A DNA stretch of 64,000 nt, taken from the NCBI GenBank assembly GCA_047285805.1, contig JBJBCN010000003.1, forward strand, positions 736,001-800,000. Direction: 5' to 3'. A program made the translations under genes and the position numbers. The notes beneath the pieces are model-generated. The model was not told the origin of the DNA and did no database searches. It saw only the letters and a program-made list of their open reading frames with translations. Positions 1-9,952 of the stretch are shown here, in pieces. The first letter of the stretch is position 1, and each line of letters begins with the position of its first letter. Origin of the DNA: Synechococcus sp. (GTDB lineage Bacteria > Cyanobacteriota > Cyanobacteriia > PCC-6307 > Cyanobiaceae).

Positions 1-906
1 GCTGAGCGCAGGCGCCTTTGGAAGGCTGCGATCAAGTGGCCGATGTACGCCGTGGCCGTGATGCCAGTGCTGCTGGCCGCTGGTTTGCGGATGCAGCAGG
101 GGCTCACGGTGCGGCTCGATCAGCTTGTCCTCTTTCTGCTGGCGGCCGTGTTGCTGCTGGCTTGGGAAAACCTGGCCAATGACGTCTTTGATGCCGACAC
201 CGGCGTCGACGCCACCGGCAAGCCCCATTCCCTGGTGAACCTCACCGGCCGGCGGGATCGGGTCTCGCTTCTCGCCAATGGCGCGCTGCTGCTGGGCTTG
301 CTCTTGATGGCTCTGGTCGCTGTGCGCAGCAACGGCGCGGTCCTCGCCCTGGTGCTCGCCTGTTGTGGCCTGGGCTATGTCTATCAAGGTCCGCCCTTTC
401 GCCTGGGGTATCGGGGGCTGGGGGAGCCGCTCTGCTGGTTGGCCTTTGGCCCCTTGGCGACAGCCGCTGGCTTGATGGCCCTTGCCCCCGCGGGTGCGGC
501 CGCGGTGCCCTGGCGTGCCGCCCTGGAGCTGGGGAGTGGCCCCGCCCTGGCAACAACCTTGGTGCTGTTCTGCTCCCACTTCCATCAGGTGGAGGAGGAC
601 GCCGCCCACGGCAAACGCTCGCCGGTCGTCCGGCTGGGAACGGGTCGGGCCGCGGCATTGGCGCCCTGGTTTGTGGCGGGTTGTCTCGCTTTTGAGTGGG
701 CCCCGGTGCTCGTCAACCACTGGCCCCTGACAGCATTGCTGAGCGCGGCCGGTTTGCCTGCGGCCCAGGCCTTGACCCGCCTGCTGCGCGAGCATCACAG
801 CGAACCTGACCGCATTGTCGGCAGCAAATTCTTGGCCCTGCGCTTCCAGGCCCTGAACGGTTTGGGCCTCGCACTCGGTTTGGCCCTTGGGCCCTTGCTG
901 GGCTGA
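1..906 (+). CDS. menA: 2-carboxy-1,4-naphthoquinone phytyltransferase (5' truncated by window)
   Basis: Frame open from base 1 (AERRRLWKAAIKWPMY); UbiA-type NDVFDADTGVD motif; hydrophobic; followed by menC/menE. Confidence 0.92.
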   Translation, partial: AERRRLWKAAIKWPMYAVAVMPVLLAAGLRMQQGLTVRLDQLVLFLLAAVLLLAWENLANDVFDADTGVDATGKPHSLVNLTGRRDRVSLLANGALLLGLLLMALVAVRSNGAVLALVLACCGLGYVYQGPPFRLGYRGLGEPLCWLAFGPLATAAGLMALAPAGAAAVPWRAALELGSGPALATTLVLFCSHFHQVEEDAAHGKRSPVVRLGTGRAAALAPWFVAGCLAFEWAPVLVNHWPLTALLSAAGLPAAQALTRLLREHHSEPDRIVGSKFLALRFQALNGLGLALGLALGPLLG

Positions 907-1868
907 TGCAGCTGCAATGGCGGCCCTACACCTTCCGGCTGACCAGTGCCCTGGTCAGTGCCCAAGGGCGCTGGCTCGACCGTCGTGGTTGGCTGCTGCG
1001 GCTGGAGGCTCCAGATGGGCGGTTGGGTTGGGGGGAAGTTCCCGATTTGCCAGCGGCTTGGCGGACCCCAGAGCCCGAACGTCCTCCGCTTGCGGAGGCC
1101 CTCGCCCAGCTTCCTAAGGAGCTGGACCGGTCCTGTCTGGAGGCCCAGTTGCCCGCGCTGCCCAGGGCCTTCGCCTGTGGCTTGGGCATGGCCTTAGCGG
1201 AACTCGATGGCATTGGCTGGCTGGAGGCGCCGGAGTCCGCGGAGCTCTTGCCGGCTGGGAAGGCGGTGCTGCCGGCGCTGGAGGCACTGCGGCAGCGATC
1301 CGGCAATCATCCTCGCTGCGTGAAGTGGAAAGTCGCGGTTGTCGCCGATGCCGAGGAACGCGTGTTGCTCGAGCGGTTGTTGGAGCAGCTCCCGCTTGAC
1401 TGGGGGCTGCGCCTCGATGCGAACGGTGGCTGGGATCGCCCGGTGGCGGAGGGTTGGGCGGATCGCCTCGTCGGCGAGCCGCGTTTGCAGTGGCTGGAGC
1501 AGCCCCTGGAGCCCGCCGACCTGGAGGGGCTGCAGGCCCTGGCGCAGCGGCTGCCGGTCGCCCTCGATGAATCCCTGCGGCAGTGCCCGGAGTGCGTTGA
1601 TGCGGGCTGGCCCGGCTGGCTGGTGCATCGGCCCTTGGCGGAGGCGGACCCGCGTCCGTTGCTGGAGCAGTTGCAGCGGGGCGTGCCTCGCGTGATGGTC
1701 AGTACGGCCTTTGAAACCGGGATCGGCCGCCGTTTTCTTCAGCACCTGGCTGGCCTGCAGGCCCTGGGCCCCACCCCGGTAGCACCGGGCTTTGCGCCGG
1801 CCTGGCAGCCGGAAGGCCCACTGTTCAGCCCGGATCCGCAGGCGGTCTGGGAGGCGGCAGCGCCATGA
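906..1868 (+). CDS. menC: o-succinylbenzoate synthase
   Basis: Enolase-superfamily motifs KWK, LRLDANGGW, EQP, ALDESL; men cluster context. Confidence 0.9.
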   Translation: MQLQWRPYTFRLTSALVSAQGRWLDRRGWLLRLEAPDGRLGWGEVPDLPAAWRTPEPERPPLAEALAQLPKELDRSCLEAQLPALPRAFACGLGMALAELDGIGWLEAPESAELLPAGKAVLPALEALRQRSGNHPRCVKWKVAVVADAEERVLLERLLEQLPLDWGLRLDANGGWDRPVAEGWADRLVGEPRLQWLEQPLEPADLEGLQALAQRLPVALDESLRQCPECVDAGWPGWLVHRPLAEADPRPLLEQLQRGVPRVMVSTAFETGIGRRFLQHLAGLQALGPTPVAPGFAPAWQPEGPLFSPDPQAVWEAAAP

Positions 1869-3079
1869 GTGGGATCGAGGTGCTGTTGGACCAGGGGGAT
1901 CGCGCCGCTTTGGCCGAGCAGCTGCGGCAGCACTGTCGGGAAGGCCGGACAACCGCCGTGGTCACCCCCCAAGAGCGAGCGCAGCTCGAGCCTCTCCTGG
2001 CGGCGCCGTTGCCGGAAGCCGTGGGGCCGGCCTTGGTTCTGGGTACCGGCGGCAGCACCGGCGGTCGCCAGTGGTGCCTGCAGCCTCTGGCCCATCTGCA
2101 GCGAGCGGCCAGGGCCACGGCCGAATGGCTTGAGGGAATCGGCATGGATGCAGGCGCTTGTGAGCTGCTGAACCCGCTGCCTCTTAACCACATCAGCGGT
2201 CTGATGCCCCTGGTCCGCGCAGAGAACTGGCGGGTGCCCGTGCGCTGTCTGCCGCCGCAGTGGTTGCGGGAACCGGCCCTGCTGGCGCATCAGGCCCCCT
2301 TGGATCCTGCGCGGCCGGCCTTGCTCTCGCTGGTGCCCACGCAACTGCAGCGTCTGCTCGAGGATCCCCGCGGCCTGGCTTGGCTGCGGGGCTGCGCCCT
2401 CATTTGGGTAGGTGGTGCGGCCTTGCCTCAGCCCCTGGCGGAGGTCTGCCGCCGGGAGGGCTTCCCCCTGGCCCCTTGCTATGGAAGTACCGAAACCGGG
2501 GCGATGGTTTCGGCCCTGGCACCTCAGGCGTTTTTGGCGGGAGAGAGCGGGTGTGGTCAGCCCCTGCCCCATGCCGAGCTGCGGTTGGATCCCAGCAGTG
2601 GAGCCTTGCAGATCCGCAGCGGCAGCCTGGCGGCGGCCCTCTGGTCCGGGGACGCCTGGCAACCGTTGCCGCTGCAGCAGGGCTGGTGGAGCAGTGGCGA
2701 TCTGGCTCGCATGGAGGCCCGTGGTCTTCAGTTGCTGGGCCGCCGCGATGGGGCGATCCAAAGCGGCGCTGAAACGGTCTTCCCCGAGCAGGTGGAAGAG
2801 GCGCTGTTTCGGCTGATCAAAGAGGCGGGGCTCACGATCGAGGCGTTGCTGCTGCTTCCCCAGGACGACCCCCTCTGGGGAGCCCGGTTGTCGGCCCTGG
2901 TGCGGCCGGCCGAGCCCCAAGATTGGCCGGCCTTGGAGCGGAGCCTGCGGCAGTTGGCTGAGCACTTGCCGCCGGCGCAGCGGCCCCGGCAATGGCTGCT
3001 TTGTAAGGGCCTGGAGCGCAACGCGATGGGCAAGTGGGAGCGCCAGCGCTGGCTCCAATGGGTTGAGTCCCGGCCGTGA
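1865..3079 (+). CDS. menE: o-succinylbenzoate-CoA ligase
   Basis: AMP-binding motifs GGSTGG, YGSTETG, SGD, GRRD, C-terminal GK; ATGA overlap with menC. Confidence 0.88.
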   Translation: MSGIEVLLDQGDRAALAEQLRQHCREGRTTAVVTPQERAQLEPLLAAPLPEAVGPALVLGTGGSTGGRQWCLQPLAHLQRAARATAEWLEGIGMDAGACELLNPLPLNHISGLMPLVRAENWRVPVRCLPPQWLREPALLAHQAPLDPARPALLSLVPTQLQRLLEDPRGLAWLRGCALIWVGGAALPQPLAEVCRREGFPLAPCYGSTETGAMVSALAPQAFLAGESGCGQPLPHAELRLDPSSGALQIRSGSLAAALWSGDAWQPLPLQQGWWSSGDLARMEARGLQLLGRRDGAIQSGAETVFPEQVEEALFRLIKEAGLTIEALLLLPQDDPLWGARLSALVRPAEPQDWPALERSLRQLAEHLPPAQRPRQWLLCKGLERNAMGKWERQRWLQWVESRP

Positions 3080-3125
3080 CAGATCGCGCCTGAGTTGCTA
3101 AAAGCGGCCTATGGCGGGAGGACCC

Positions 3126-3392
3126 ATGGCCGAGAGCAACCTCACCGAAGCCAGCAATAAAAAGCTCGCCGCTGGATTGCTCGCGATCTTTTTGGGTTCA
3201 TTCGGTGTTCACAAATTTGTGCTCTGTTACAACACCGCTGGCTTGATCATGTTGCTCGTCACGGTCTTGACATGTGGGGTCGCAGGTTTTGTGATGGGGG
3301 TGATTGGAATCATCGAAGGCGTCATCTATCTCACGAAGTCTCCAGACGAATTCGAGTCGATCTATCTACAGAACAGCAAAGAGTGGTTCTGA
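3126..3392 (+). CDS. TM2 domain-containing membrane protein
   Basis: KKLAAGLLAIFLGSFGVHKF TM2 signature; GGAGG RBS before ATG 3126. Confidence 0.85.
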   Translation: MAESNLTEASNKKLAAGLLAIFLGSFGVHKFVLCYNTAGLIMLLVTVLTCGVAGFVMGVIGIIEGVIYLTKSPDEFESIYLQNSKEWF

Positions 3393-3401
3393 GGTGCAGC
3401 T

Positions 3402-3611
3402 GTGAGGTCGGCCCATCTCTGGATTTTGCCGCTCTCTGCTTTTTTGAGTGTGGGCCTGTTTGCCACAATCCCGGTGGATGGATTTCATCCCGTTGCACTT
3501 CTCGCCAGCTTGTTGCCGCTGCAATTGGCGGCCCTGTTTTGGTGCCTTGGGGTGATCTCTAAAGGGGCCGAATCCCGCCTTGAAGGGCAGAGGCTTCCAG
3601 CCATCGATTGA
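3402..3611 (+). CDS. Small hydrophobic hypothetical protein
   Basis: 69 aa with two hydrophobic segments, 9 nt after the TM2 gene; 3' end overlaps the convergent thioesterase. Confidence 0.45.
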   Translation: MRSAHLWILPLSAFLSVGLFATIPVDGFHPVALLASLLPLQLAALFWCLGVISKGAESRLEGQRLPAID

Positions 3612-4008
3612 TTCCCTGTGGCAATTCGCAGCGCTGCCGTCCGTCGGTTCGGATGGCGACATGGCGGGTGAGCCCTTCTGCTACCAGCTGGTCTTCGCTG
3701 CTGAAGCTGTAGCGCACTTCAAAGCAGCTGGGATCGAGCCGCGTTGGTTTGACCTGGATCGTCAGTGGTGAGCCACAGATCAGCGGCCGGCGGAAATCAG
3801 CGCTGCAGTGAACGATCGGGAGTCCCACTTCTGGGGTGCAGCGGGGGGTCGGAAAAATCTCGGCGGCGTTGAGGCCAAAGCGCTCGAGGCTTTCTTCGTA
3901 GGCCTCATGGCACCAACGCAGGAGCTGTTGGAAATGCATCACGCCAGCGCCATCGGTTTCGCCGAAACGCACGCTGCGGCAAAGAATCAACCAGCTGTTC
4001 GGATTCAT
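3559..4008 (-). CDS. 1,4-dihydroxy-2-naphthoyl-CoA hydrolase (hotdog-fold thioesterase)
   Basis: VRFGETDGAGVMHF motif of the 4HBT-like family; men cluster context. Confidence 0.85.
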   Translation of the reverse strand: MNPNSWLILCRSVRFGETDGAGVMHFQQLLRWCHEAYEESLERFGLNAAEIFPTPRCTPEVGLPIVHCSADFRRPLICGSPLTIQVKPTRLDPSCFEVRYSFSSEDQLVAEGLTRHVAIRTDGRQRCELPQGINRWLEASALQGGIRPL

Positions 4009-4101
4009 TGCTCGCTGCAGTCAAACCCGCATTGGGGTCTTCACCATTGGTTCAGTTTGCGGGATGGCATGGCGTCGCCGCTGCCTGCAACAAGGGGCTG
4101 A

Positions 4102-4530
4102 TTAGTGGAGCTGCGCCAGTGGGAAGTGCAGCAGGCCTGGGCCGGTCCAACCACCCAAGCTCACTCCCAGGCGCAGGAACCAATAGCCCAGGAGGGCGAT
4201 GACACCAGCGCCGAGGGGCCACGCCGGAATCCCTGGCGGCAGCAGGCGGCGTTGGCGGATCGAGACGATGGACCAAGTCACGAGGGCAACGGCCACCAAC
4301 GGACCAAAGGCATGGAGCTGTAGTGCCCGATCCAGGTTGCCGGTCAAGCTCGCGGCGGTGGCGCGGGTCAGATAGCAGGTCGGGCAGGGAATGCCCGTGA
4401 GCGCCCGAAACGGACAGCTCCAGCCGGGCAGGCCTGGGTGCAGGCCCTTCAGCCACAGGGAACAGGTGAGGCCAGTAGGCAGCAGACAACCGCTGCTTCG
4501 AATCCGTTGAAGAAACCGGTTAGCGGTCAA
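4102..4530 (-). CDS. DUF2752 family membrane protein (start uncertain)
   Basis: [19 protein letters not shown] motif. Confidence 0.8.
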   Translation of the reverse strand: MTANRFLQRIRSSGCLLPTGLTCSLWLKGLHPGLPGWSCPFRALTGIPCPTCYLTRATAASLTGNLDRALQLHAFGPLVAVALVTWSIVSIRQRRLLPPGIPAWPLGAGVIALLGYWFLRLGVSLGGWTGPGLLHFPLAQLH

Positions 4531-5704
4531 CCGAGCCCATGATCACATCGATGGAGCCCAGAATCGCCATGATGTCTGCCACTTTGGCTCCCTTGAGGAT
4601 GTGAGGAAGGATCTGGAGGTTGGTGAAGTCGGCCGCGCGGATCTTGAAGCGCCAGGGGGTCACATCGTTGTTGCCCTGCAGGAACACCCCGATTTCACCC
4701 TTGCCTGATTCCAGGCGGGTGTAGAGCTCACCGTTGGGGATTTTGAAGGTCGGCGCCACTTTCTTGGCCACGATTTGATAATCGAAGCCGGTAAATTCAC
4801 TTCCCTTGCCCTCGGCTATACGCCGCGCTTCGAGGTTCTCGGTGGGGCCGCCGGGGATCATCCGGCAGGCCTGGCGCAGGATCTTCAGGGACTGGCGCAT
4901 CTCCTCGATGCGGACGCGGTAGCGGGCGAAGCAGTCGCCTTCCTTCTCCCAGGCCACATCCCAGTCGAAGTCGTCATAGCACTCGTAGTGGTCGACCTTG
5001 CGCAGGTCCCAGGGCACCCCGGAGGCCCGCAGCATTGGGCCGGAAAGGCTCCAGTTGATCGCCTGCTCACGGGTGATCGTGCCAAGGCCCTCAATCCGCT
5101 TGCGGAAGATCGGGTTGTTGGTTATCAGCTTTTCGTATTCGTCGATCTTCGGCCCGAACCAATCGCAGAAGTCCAGGCATTTGTCCAGCCAGCCGTAGGG
5201 CAGGTCCGCTGCGACACCACCGATGCGGAAGTAGTTGTTGTTGATCAGGCGCTGCCCGGTGGCGGCTTCCCAGAGGTCGTAGATCATCTCCCGCTCGCGG
5301 AAGATGTAGAAGAACGGCGTCTGGGCGCCCACGTCCGCCAGGAAGGGGCCAAGCCAGAGCAGGTGGTTGGCGATGCGGTTGAGCTCGAGCATCAACACGC
5401 GGATGTAGCTGGCTCGCTTGGGCACCGGCACGTCGGCCAGGCGCTCTGGGGCGTTGACCACGATTGCTTCGTAGAACATGCCCGCCGCGTAATCCATGCG
5501 GCTGACGTAGGGCACGAACATCACGTTCGTGCGGTTCTCGGCGATCTTCTCCATGCCTCGGTGGAGGTAGCCGATGACCGGCTCGCAATCCACCACGTCC
5601 TCCCCGTCCAGGGTGACCACAAGCCGCAACACCCCGTGCATCGAGGGGTGGTGGGGCCCGAAGTTCACCACCATCGGCTCCGTGCGCGTTTCCAGCTGCG
5701 TCAT
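4520..5704 (-). CDS. ndhH: NAD(P)H-quinone oxidoreductase subunit H
   Basis: [28 protein letters not shown]-terminal GSVDR. Confidence 0.98.
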   Translation of the reverse strand: MTQLETRTEPMVVNFGPHHPSMHGVLRLVVTLDGEDVVDCEPVIGYLHRGMEKIAENRTNVMFVPYVSRMDYAAGMFYEAIVVNAPERLADVPVPKRASYIRVLMLELNRIANHLLWLGPFLADVGAQTPFFYIFREREMIYDLWEAATGQRLINNNYFRIGGVAADLPYGWLDKCLDFCDWFGPKIDEYEKLITNNPIFRKRIEGLGTITREQAINWSLSGPMLRASGVPWDLRKVDHYECYDDFDWDVAWEKEGDCFARYRVRIEEMRQSLKILRQACRMIPGGPTENLEARRIAEGKGSEFTGFDYQIVAKKVAPTFKIPNGELYTRLESGKGEIGVFLQGNNDVTPWRFKIRAADFTNLQILPHILKGAKVADIMAILGSIDVIMGSVDR

Positions 5705-5754
5705 GGGGCCGAGGAAGAGGGCTCGCTTGTGGGATCTTAGGAAGGAAGGGCCCG

Positions 5755-6669
5755 TTGCTTACACGTCCGCTGGTTCAGGCCTATGACCACGTGCCTGTGC
5801 TGGCAGCGCAGGTGATGGCCAGTTTCGCTGCGCTGGAACCCCTTTTGCAGGAGCGGGACGGTGGTCTGCTGATCGATTGCACCCTCGGTGGCGGCGGCCA
5901 CAGCGCCATATTGCTCGAGGCACACCCCAGCCTGCGCCTGGTGGGGTTGGACCAGGACCCCACGGCCCGGCAGGCGGCGGCGGAGAGCCTGGCCCCCTTC
6001 GCTGATCGGATCACGATTGTCGCCACCAACTTCGCGGACTACCAGCCCCAGGAGCCGGCCCTGGCGGTCATGGCCGATCTCGGCGTGAGCAGCCCCCAGT
6101 TGGATCTAGCGGAGCGGGGCTTCAGCTTTCGCCAGGATGGTCCGCTGGACATGCGGATGAATCCCCAGGTCGGGGAGACCGCCGCGGAGTTGATCGAGCG
6201 TCTCGAGGAAACCGAGCTGGCGGATCTGATCTACGCCTATGGCGAGGAGCGGCTCTCCCGGCGCATCGCTCGCAAGATCAAGCAGCACCTCGCGGAGCAG
6301 GGACCCTTTGCCGGTACCGATGCCCTGGCCTATCTGGTGGCTGGTTGCTACGCCCCCAAGGCGCGTCACGGGCGGATTCACCCGGCGACCCGCACCTTTC
6401 AGGCCCTGCGGATTGCCGTGAACGATGAACTGGGGGTCTTGGATCGCCTCCTGCAGCAGGCTCCTGATTGGTTGTTGCCAGGCGGGCTGATGGGGGTGAT
6501 CAGTTTTCACTCCCTCGAGGATCGCCGCGTCAAAATCGCCTTCAGCAGTGATGAGCGGCTGCAACGGGTCACCCGAAAACCTGAAATGGCTGGAGAGGAG
6601 GAGCAGAGCTCCAACCCTCGCAGCCGTTCCGCCAAATGGCGTGTCGCGCGAAAGCGCGATCTGAGTTGA
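5755..6669 (+). CDS. rsmH: 16S rRNA m4C1402 methyltransferase (start approximate)
   Basis: [44 protein letters not shown]. Confidence 0.96.
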   Translation: MLTRPLVQAYDHVPVLAAQVMASFAALEPLLQERDGGLLIDCTLGGGGHSAILLEAHPSLRLVGLDQDPTARQAAAESLAPFADRITIVATNFADYQPQEPALAVMADLGVSSPQLDLAERGFSFRQDGPLDMRMNPQVGETAAELIERLEETELADLIYAYGEERLSRRIARKIKQHLAEQGPFAGTDALAYLVAGCYAPKARHGRIHPATRTFQALRIAVNDELGVLDRLLQQAPDWLLPGGLMGVISFHSLEDRRVKIAFSSDERLQRVTRKPEMAGEEEQSSNPRSRSAKWRVARKRDLS

Positions 6670-7440
6670 TCAGTTATTGCTCATGATCCCGGTGTGGTCC
6701 TGGCTGCCGAACAGCTGGCGGTAGGCCGCGGTGCTTACACAGATCAGGACCGGCGCGAGCACCAGCAGACCGCCGGCGTTGAAGAGGTAGGCGACGCCAG
6801 CGACGATGCTCTCGACGATCACGAACCAGAGCACGGTCCACCAGCTGGGGTTCACGCCGTCGATGCCGGCCTGGAGGGTCTCTACGGGACGATTGGTGCC
6901 ATATAGGGACATCGGCACCAGGAACTGCTGGGTGACGACCACCCAGATCTTGAAGATCGCGAAGGCAATCACAGGGATCCAGAAGAGGACAGTGTTGACC
7001 TTGCCGAGACCAAAGCCAATGCCCCAGGCCACGGCGCCGACGACGGCGAGCAAGATGACCAGCAGGAGGCTGGAGCCGAAGAGGCGGCCGCTGGCATCGC
7101 TATCCCAGCGGGTGAAGCTGCTGAAGCTGGGCTTGTGGCCTTCGAGGCTGGTCCAGGCACCGCGGGTCAGGCCCACGGCGGCCCAGAGGGCCACGATGAT
7201 GTAGCCGATGATTCCGACCACCAGGCCGATCTTGGTGGCGACGGGGTGCAGCAGGGCCGGTGCACCGACGGCCAGGTGGAGCAGCCCGCTGGTGATCAGT
7301 CCGATAAAGGGGGCCATGATCACGAGCACCAGCACCTGGAAGAGCACAAAGGGCCAGGGTGCGCGGCAGAAGGCCTGCCATCCATCCTCAATCGCTCGCA
7401 GAATCGAGAGCTTGTTGGTACCTGGGGTGGGCAATCCCAT
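6670..7440 (-). CDS. Hypothetical integral membrane protein
   Basis: Multi-TM ORF from ATG 7440 (MGLPTPGTNKLSILRAIEDGWQAF); the upstream ORF extension overlaps the desulfurase gene and is likely spurious. Confidence 0.75.
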   Translation of the reverse strand: MGLPTPGTNKLSILRAIEDGWQAFCRAPWPFVLFQVLVLVIMAPFIGLITSGLLHLAVGAPALLHPVATKIGLVVGIIGYIIVALWAAVGLTRGAWTSLEGHKPSFSSFTRWDSDASGRLFGSSLLLVILLAVVGAVAWGIGFGLGKVNTVLFWIPVIAFAIFKIWVVVTQQFLVPMSLYGTNRPVETLQAGIDGVNPSWWTVLWFVIVESIVAGVAYLFNAGGLLVLAPVLICVSTAAYRQLFGSQDHTGIMSNN

Positions 7441-7514
7441 CGAAAAAGCTGGTGTTTGGCCGGAAAGTAGCGACCGCGACAGCGCCTGCCCACCAATCTT
7501 GAATTTTTGACGCG

Positions 7515-8654
7515 CTAGGACCGCCGCAGGGTCTTGAGCGTTTCCTCCAGGACGTCTCCGGCCCGCTCTACGTCGGCGCGGGAGCTGGGGCGTCCCAGGC
7601 TGAAGCGGACCGAAGCGGCCGCCTCCAGGCGGCTCCGGCCCAGGGCTTGCAGCACGTGGGAGGGTTCGCCCGCGGCGCAGGCGGAGCCGCTGCTGACCGC
7701 CAGGCTGCGCCTTAGAGCTTGATGCAGGGCGGTTCCCTCGACTCCCTGGATGGTGATGTTGAGGTTGTGGGGCAGGCACTGCGTGAGGCTCCCATTGCGC
7801 TCGATTCCCCCCAGGGCTTGGCAGCGCTCCCAGAGCGCATCCCGCAGTTGCGCGAGCCGTGGCCCGCGGCTGTTCCGATCCGCCTCGGCCAGCTCCACGG
7901 CTTTCGCCAGGCCGACGATCAATGGCACCGGGAGGGTGCCCGCGCGCAGTCCCCGCTCTTGACTGCCCCCGTGTTGCTGGGCGGCGAGCTCAACCCCAGG
8001 GCGGATCGCCAGGGCGCCGACGCCTTTGGGGCCATAGAGCTTGTGACCGCTGAGGCTCAGCAGATCGAGGCCGGACGGCAGGGGCACATGCCCGACCGCC
8101 TGGGCCCCATCGCAGTGGACGAGCACCTGTCGCTCGTGGCAGAGCTGAACGATGGCCTCCATTGGTTGGAGGACGCCGATCTCGTTGTTGGCGGCCATAA
8201 CGCTCACCAGCAGCGTCTCCGCTGTCAGGGCCTCCTTCAGTCGCTTCAGGTCGATCCCGCCATCGGCCTGGGGTGCGAGGCAGACCAGCTCAAAGCCATG
8301 CCCCGCCAAATAGCGCATCGGATCGAGGACGGCCCGGTGTTCGGTGGCCAGGCAGATCAGGCGCCGGCGGGATCCGCCCCGCCGCAGCTCCGCCTCCGCG
8401 ACCCCCTTGATCGCCAGGTTGTTGGCTTCGCTGGCGCCGCTGCAGAAGATCAGTGCCTCGGGGCTGAAGCACAGGCTGCCGGCGATGGTGCTCCTGGAGT
8501 GCTGCACCGCGGCGGCCGCGGTCAGGCCCGGGCGATGCAGGCGGCTTGCGGGGTTGGCGAAGTCCTCGATCCACCAAGGCGCCATCGCCTTCACCACCGC
8601 CGGATCGCAGGGGGTGGTGGATTGGTAATCGAGGTAGGTGACGCCTGAGGCCAT
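7515..8654 (-). CDS. Cysteine desulfurase, IscS/NifS type
   Basis: YLDYQSTTP, SGHKLYGPKG PLP lysine, SSGSAC catalytic Cys. Confidence 0.93.
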   Translation of the reverse strand: MASGVTYLDYQSTTPCDPAVVKAMAPWWIEDFANPASRLHRPGLTAAAAVQHSRSTIAGSLCFSPEALIFCSGASEANNLAIKGVAEAELRRGGSRRRLICLATEHRAVLDPMRYLAGHGFELVCLAPQADGGIDLKRLKEALTAETLLVSVMAANNEIGVLQPMEAIVQLCHERQVLVHCDGAQAVGHVPLPSGLDLLSLSGHKLYGPKGVGALAIRPGVELAAQQHGGSQERGLRAGTLPVPLIVGLAKAVELAEADRNSRGPRLAQLRDALWERCQALGGIERNGSLTQCLPHNLNITIQGVEGTALHQALRRSLAVSSGSACAAGEPSHVLQALGRSRLEAAASVRFSLGRPSSRADVERAGDVLEETLKTLRRS

Positions 8655-8695
8655 CTCCGCCCATGCTGGCAACCATGCTGCCGTTCTCGGGCGCC

Positions 8696-9211
8696 ATGAG
8701 CCTTCGCATTGCACTCCTGTCGTTGCTGCTGGGCTCCGCCTCCTTCGGTATAGGCGCCCGGGCTCAGGAGGTGCGTGATGGCGTCTTCTTCAAGCCCTCG
8801 GAGCAGCGCCCCGCCGATCTGGTGGTGCTGCGGGAGTGGGGAACAATTGAGGGTGTGCACCTGATCGGGGTGCATGGAGTGAATCCTGACCCTAATGACG
8901 CCACTGCCCGAACGATAGTCGTCTGGGTGGAATCGCCGACGGGGGTCGAGTTGGCTGTCGATAACCTGCGCTGTAGTGTCAGCGCGCCGATGCGCCTGAC
9001 CAAGCGCGGCAATGCGCTCCTGATCAAAGAGCTCAACCCCGGCGGCCAGGTGACCGAGGCCAATCGCCTAGATCACAAGATTTGGTGGGCGGCCTGTTTC
9101 CCGGAGCAGGCCGGAAAGGATCCCTCGACCCTTCAGGCCTTGGCCAGGCAGTTGGGTTACTCCGGTCAGCTGATTGAGCAGCAGCAGGTCTTGCCTGGCA
9201 ACCCTCGATAG
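8696..9211 (+). CDS. Hypothetical exported protein
   Basis: Signal-peptide-like N-terminus MSLRIALLSLLLGSASFGIGARA-Q; fills the gap between iscS and the response regulator. Confidence 0.7.
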   Translation: MSLRIALLSLLLGSASFGIGARAQEVRDGVFFKPSEQRPADLVVLREWGTIEGVHLIGVHGVNPDPNDATARTIVVWVESPTGVELAVDNLRCSVSAPMRLTKRGNALLIKELNPGGQVTEANRLDHKIWWAACFPEQAGKDPSTLQALARQLGYSGQLIEQQQVLPGNPR

Positions 9212-9220
9212 ATTGCGAAG

Positions 9221-9952
9221 ATGAGCCTCGAACCTGAAACCCAACCAGACGTCACTCCAACGGCACCCGCCCGCTTGCTGCTGGTGGATGACGAACCGGG
9301 GTTGCGCACCGCGGTGCAGGCCTACCTGGAGGACGAGGGGTTCCAGGTCACGACGGCCGTCGATGGAGAAGACGGCTGGGCGAAGGCCCAGGAGTTGCTG
9401 CCCGACGTCGTGATCAGCGACGTGATGATGCCCCGCCTCGATGGCTATGGCCTGCTTCGCAAGCTTCGCGAGGAAGAGCGTCTGGGCGGGACCCCGGTCA
9501 TCTTCCTGACGGCCAAGGGGATGACGGCCGATCGCATCGAGGGCTTCCAGGCCGGCTGCGATGACTACATCCCGAAGCCGTTTGACCCTGACGAACTGGT
9601 GGCGCGGGTCCACAACGTGGTGAAGCGCCAGGAGCGGCTTCTGACCGAGGCCGCCCGCTTTGCCGATGCGGACATCGGTCAGATGGCTAAGCAGATCACC
9701 GAGATCCGCTCACTGCTGGCCACCGGTGGCAGCAAGCAACCGGCGGCGGCCGTGAAGCACGAGTTCACCCCCCGGGAAGCCTCGGTGCTGCAGCTAGTGG
9801 CGGAGGGAATGATGAACAAGGAGATCGCCCGGCGCTTGGAGACCTCCATTCGCAACGTCGAGAAGTACGTGAGCCGGCTCTTCAGTAAGACCGGCACCGC
9901 GAGCCGCACGGAACTGGTGCGTTACGCCCTGGAAAACGGACTGGTTGAGTAA
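9221..9952 (+). CDS. ycf29: NarL/LuxR-family response regulator (Ycf29/Rre1-like)
   Basis: Receiver domain (LLVDDE, DVMMP, KPF) plus LuxR HTH (TPREASVL...NVEKYVSRLFSKTG). Confidence 0.88.
   Translation: MSLEPETQPDVTPTAPARLLLVDDEPGLRTAVQAYLEDEGFQVTTAVDGEDGWAKAQELLPDVVISDVMMPRLDGYGLLRKLREEERLGGTPVIFLTAKGMTADRIEGFQAGCDDYIPKPFDPDELVARVHNVVKRQERLLTEAARFADADIGQMAKQITEIRSLLATGGSKQPAAAVKHEFTPREASVLQLVAEGMMNKEIARRLETSIRNVEKYVSRLFSKTGTASRTELVRYALENGLVE

Noticed and set aside
7441..7779. N-terminal extension of the 6670-7779 ORF
   Set aside because: Overlaps the cysteine desulfurase in another frame; protein-like sequence starts only at ATG 7440
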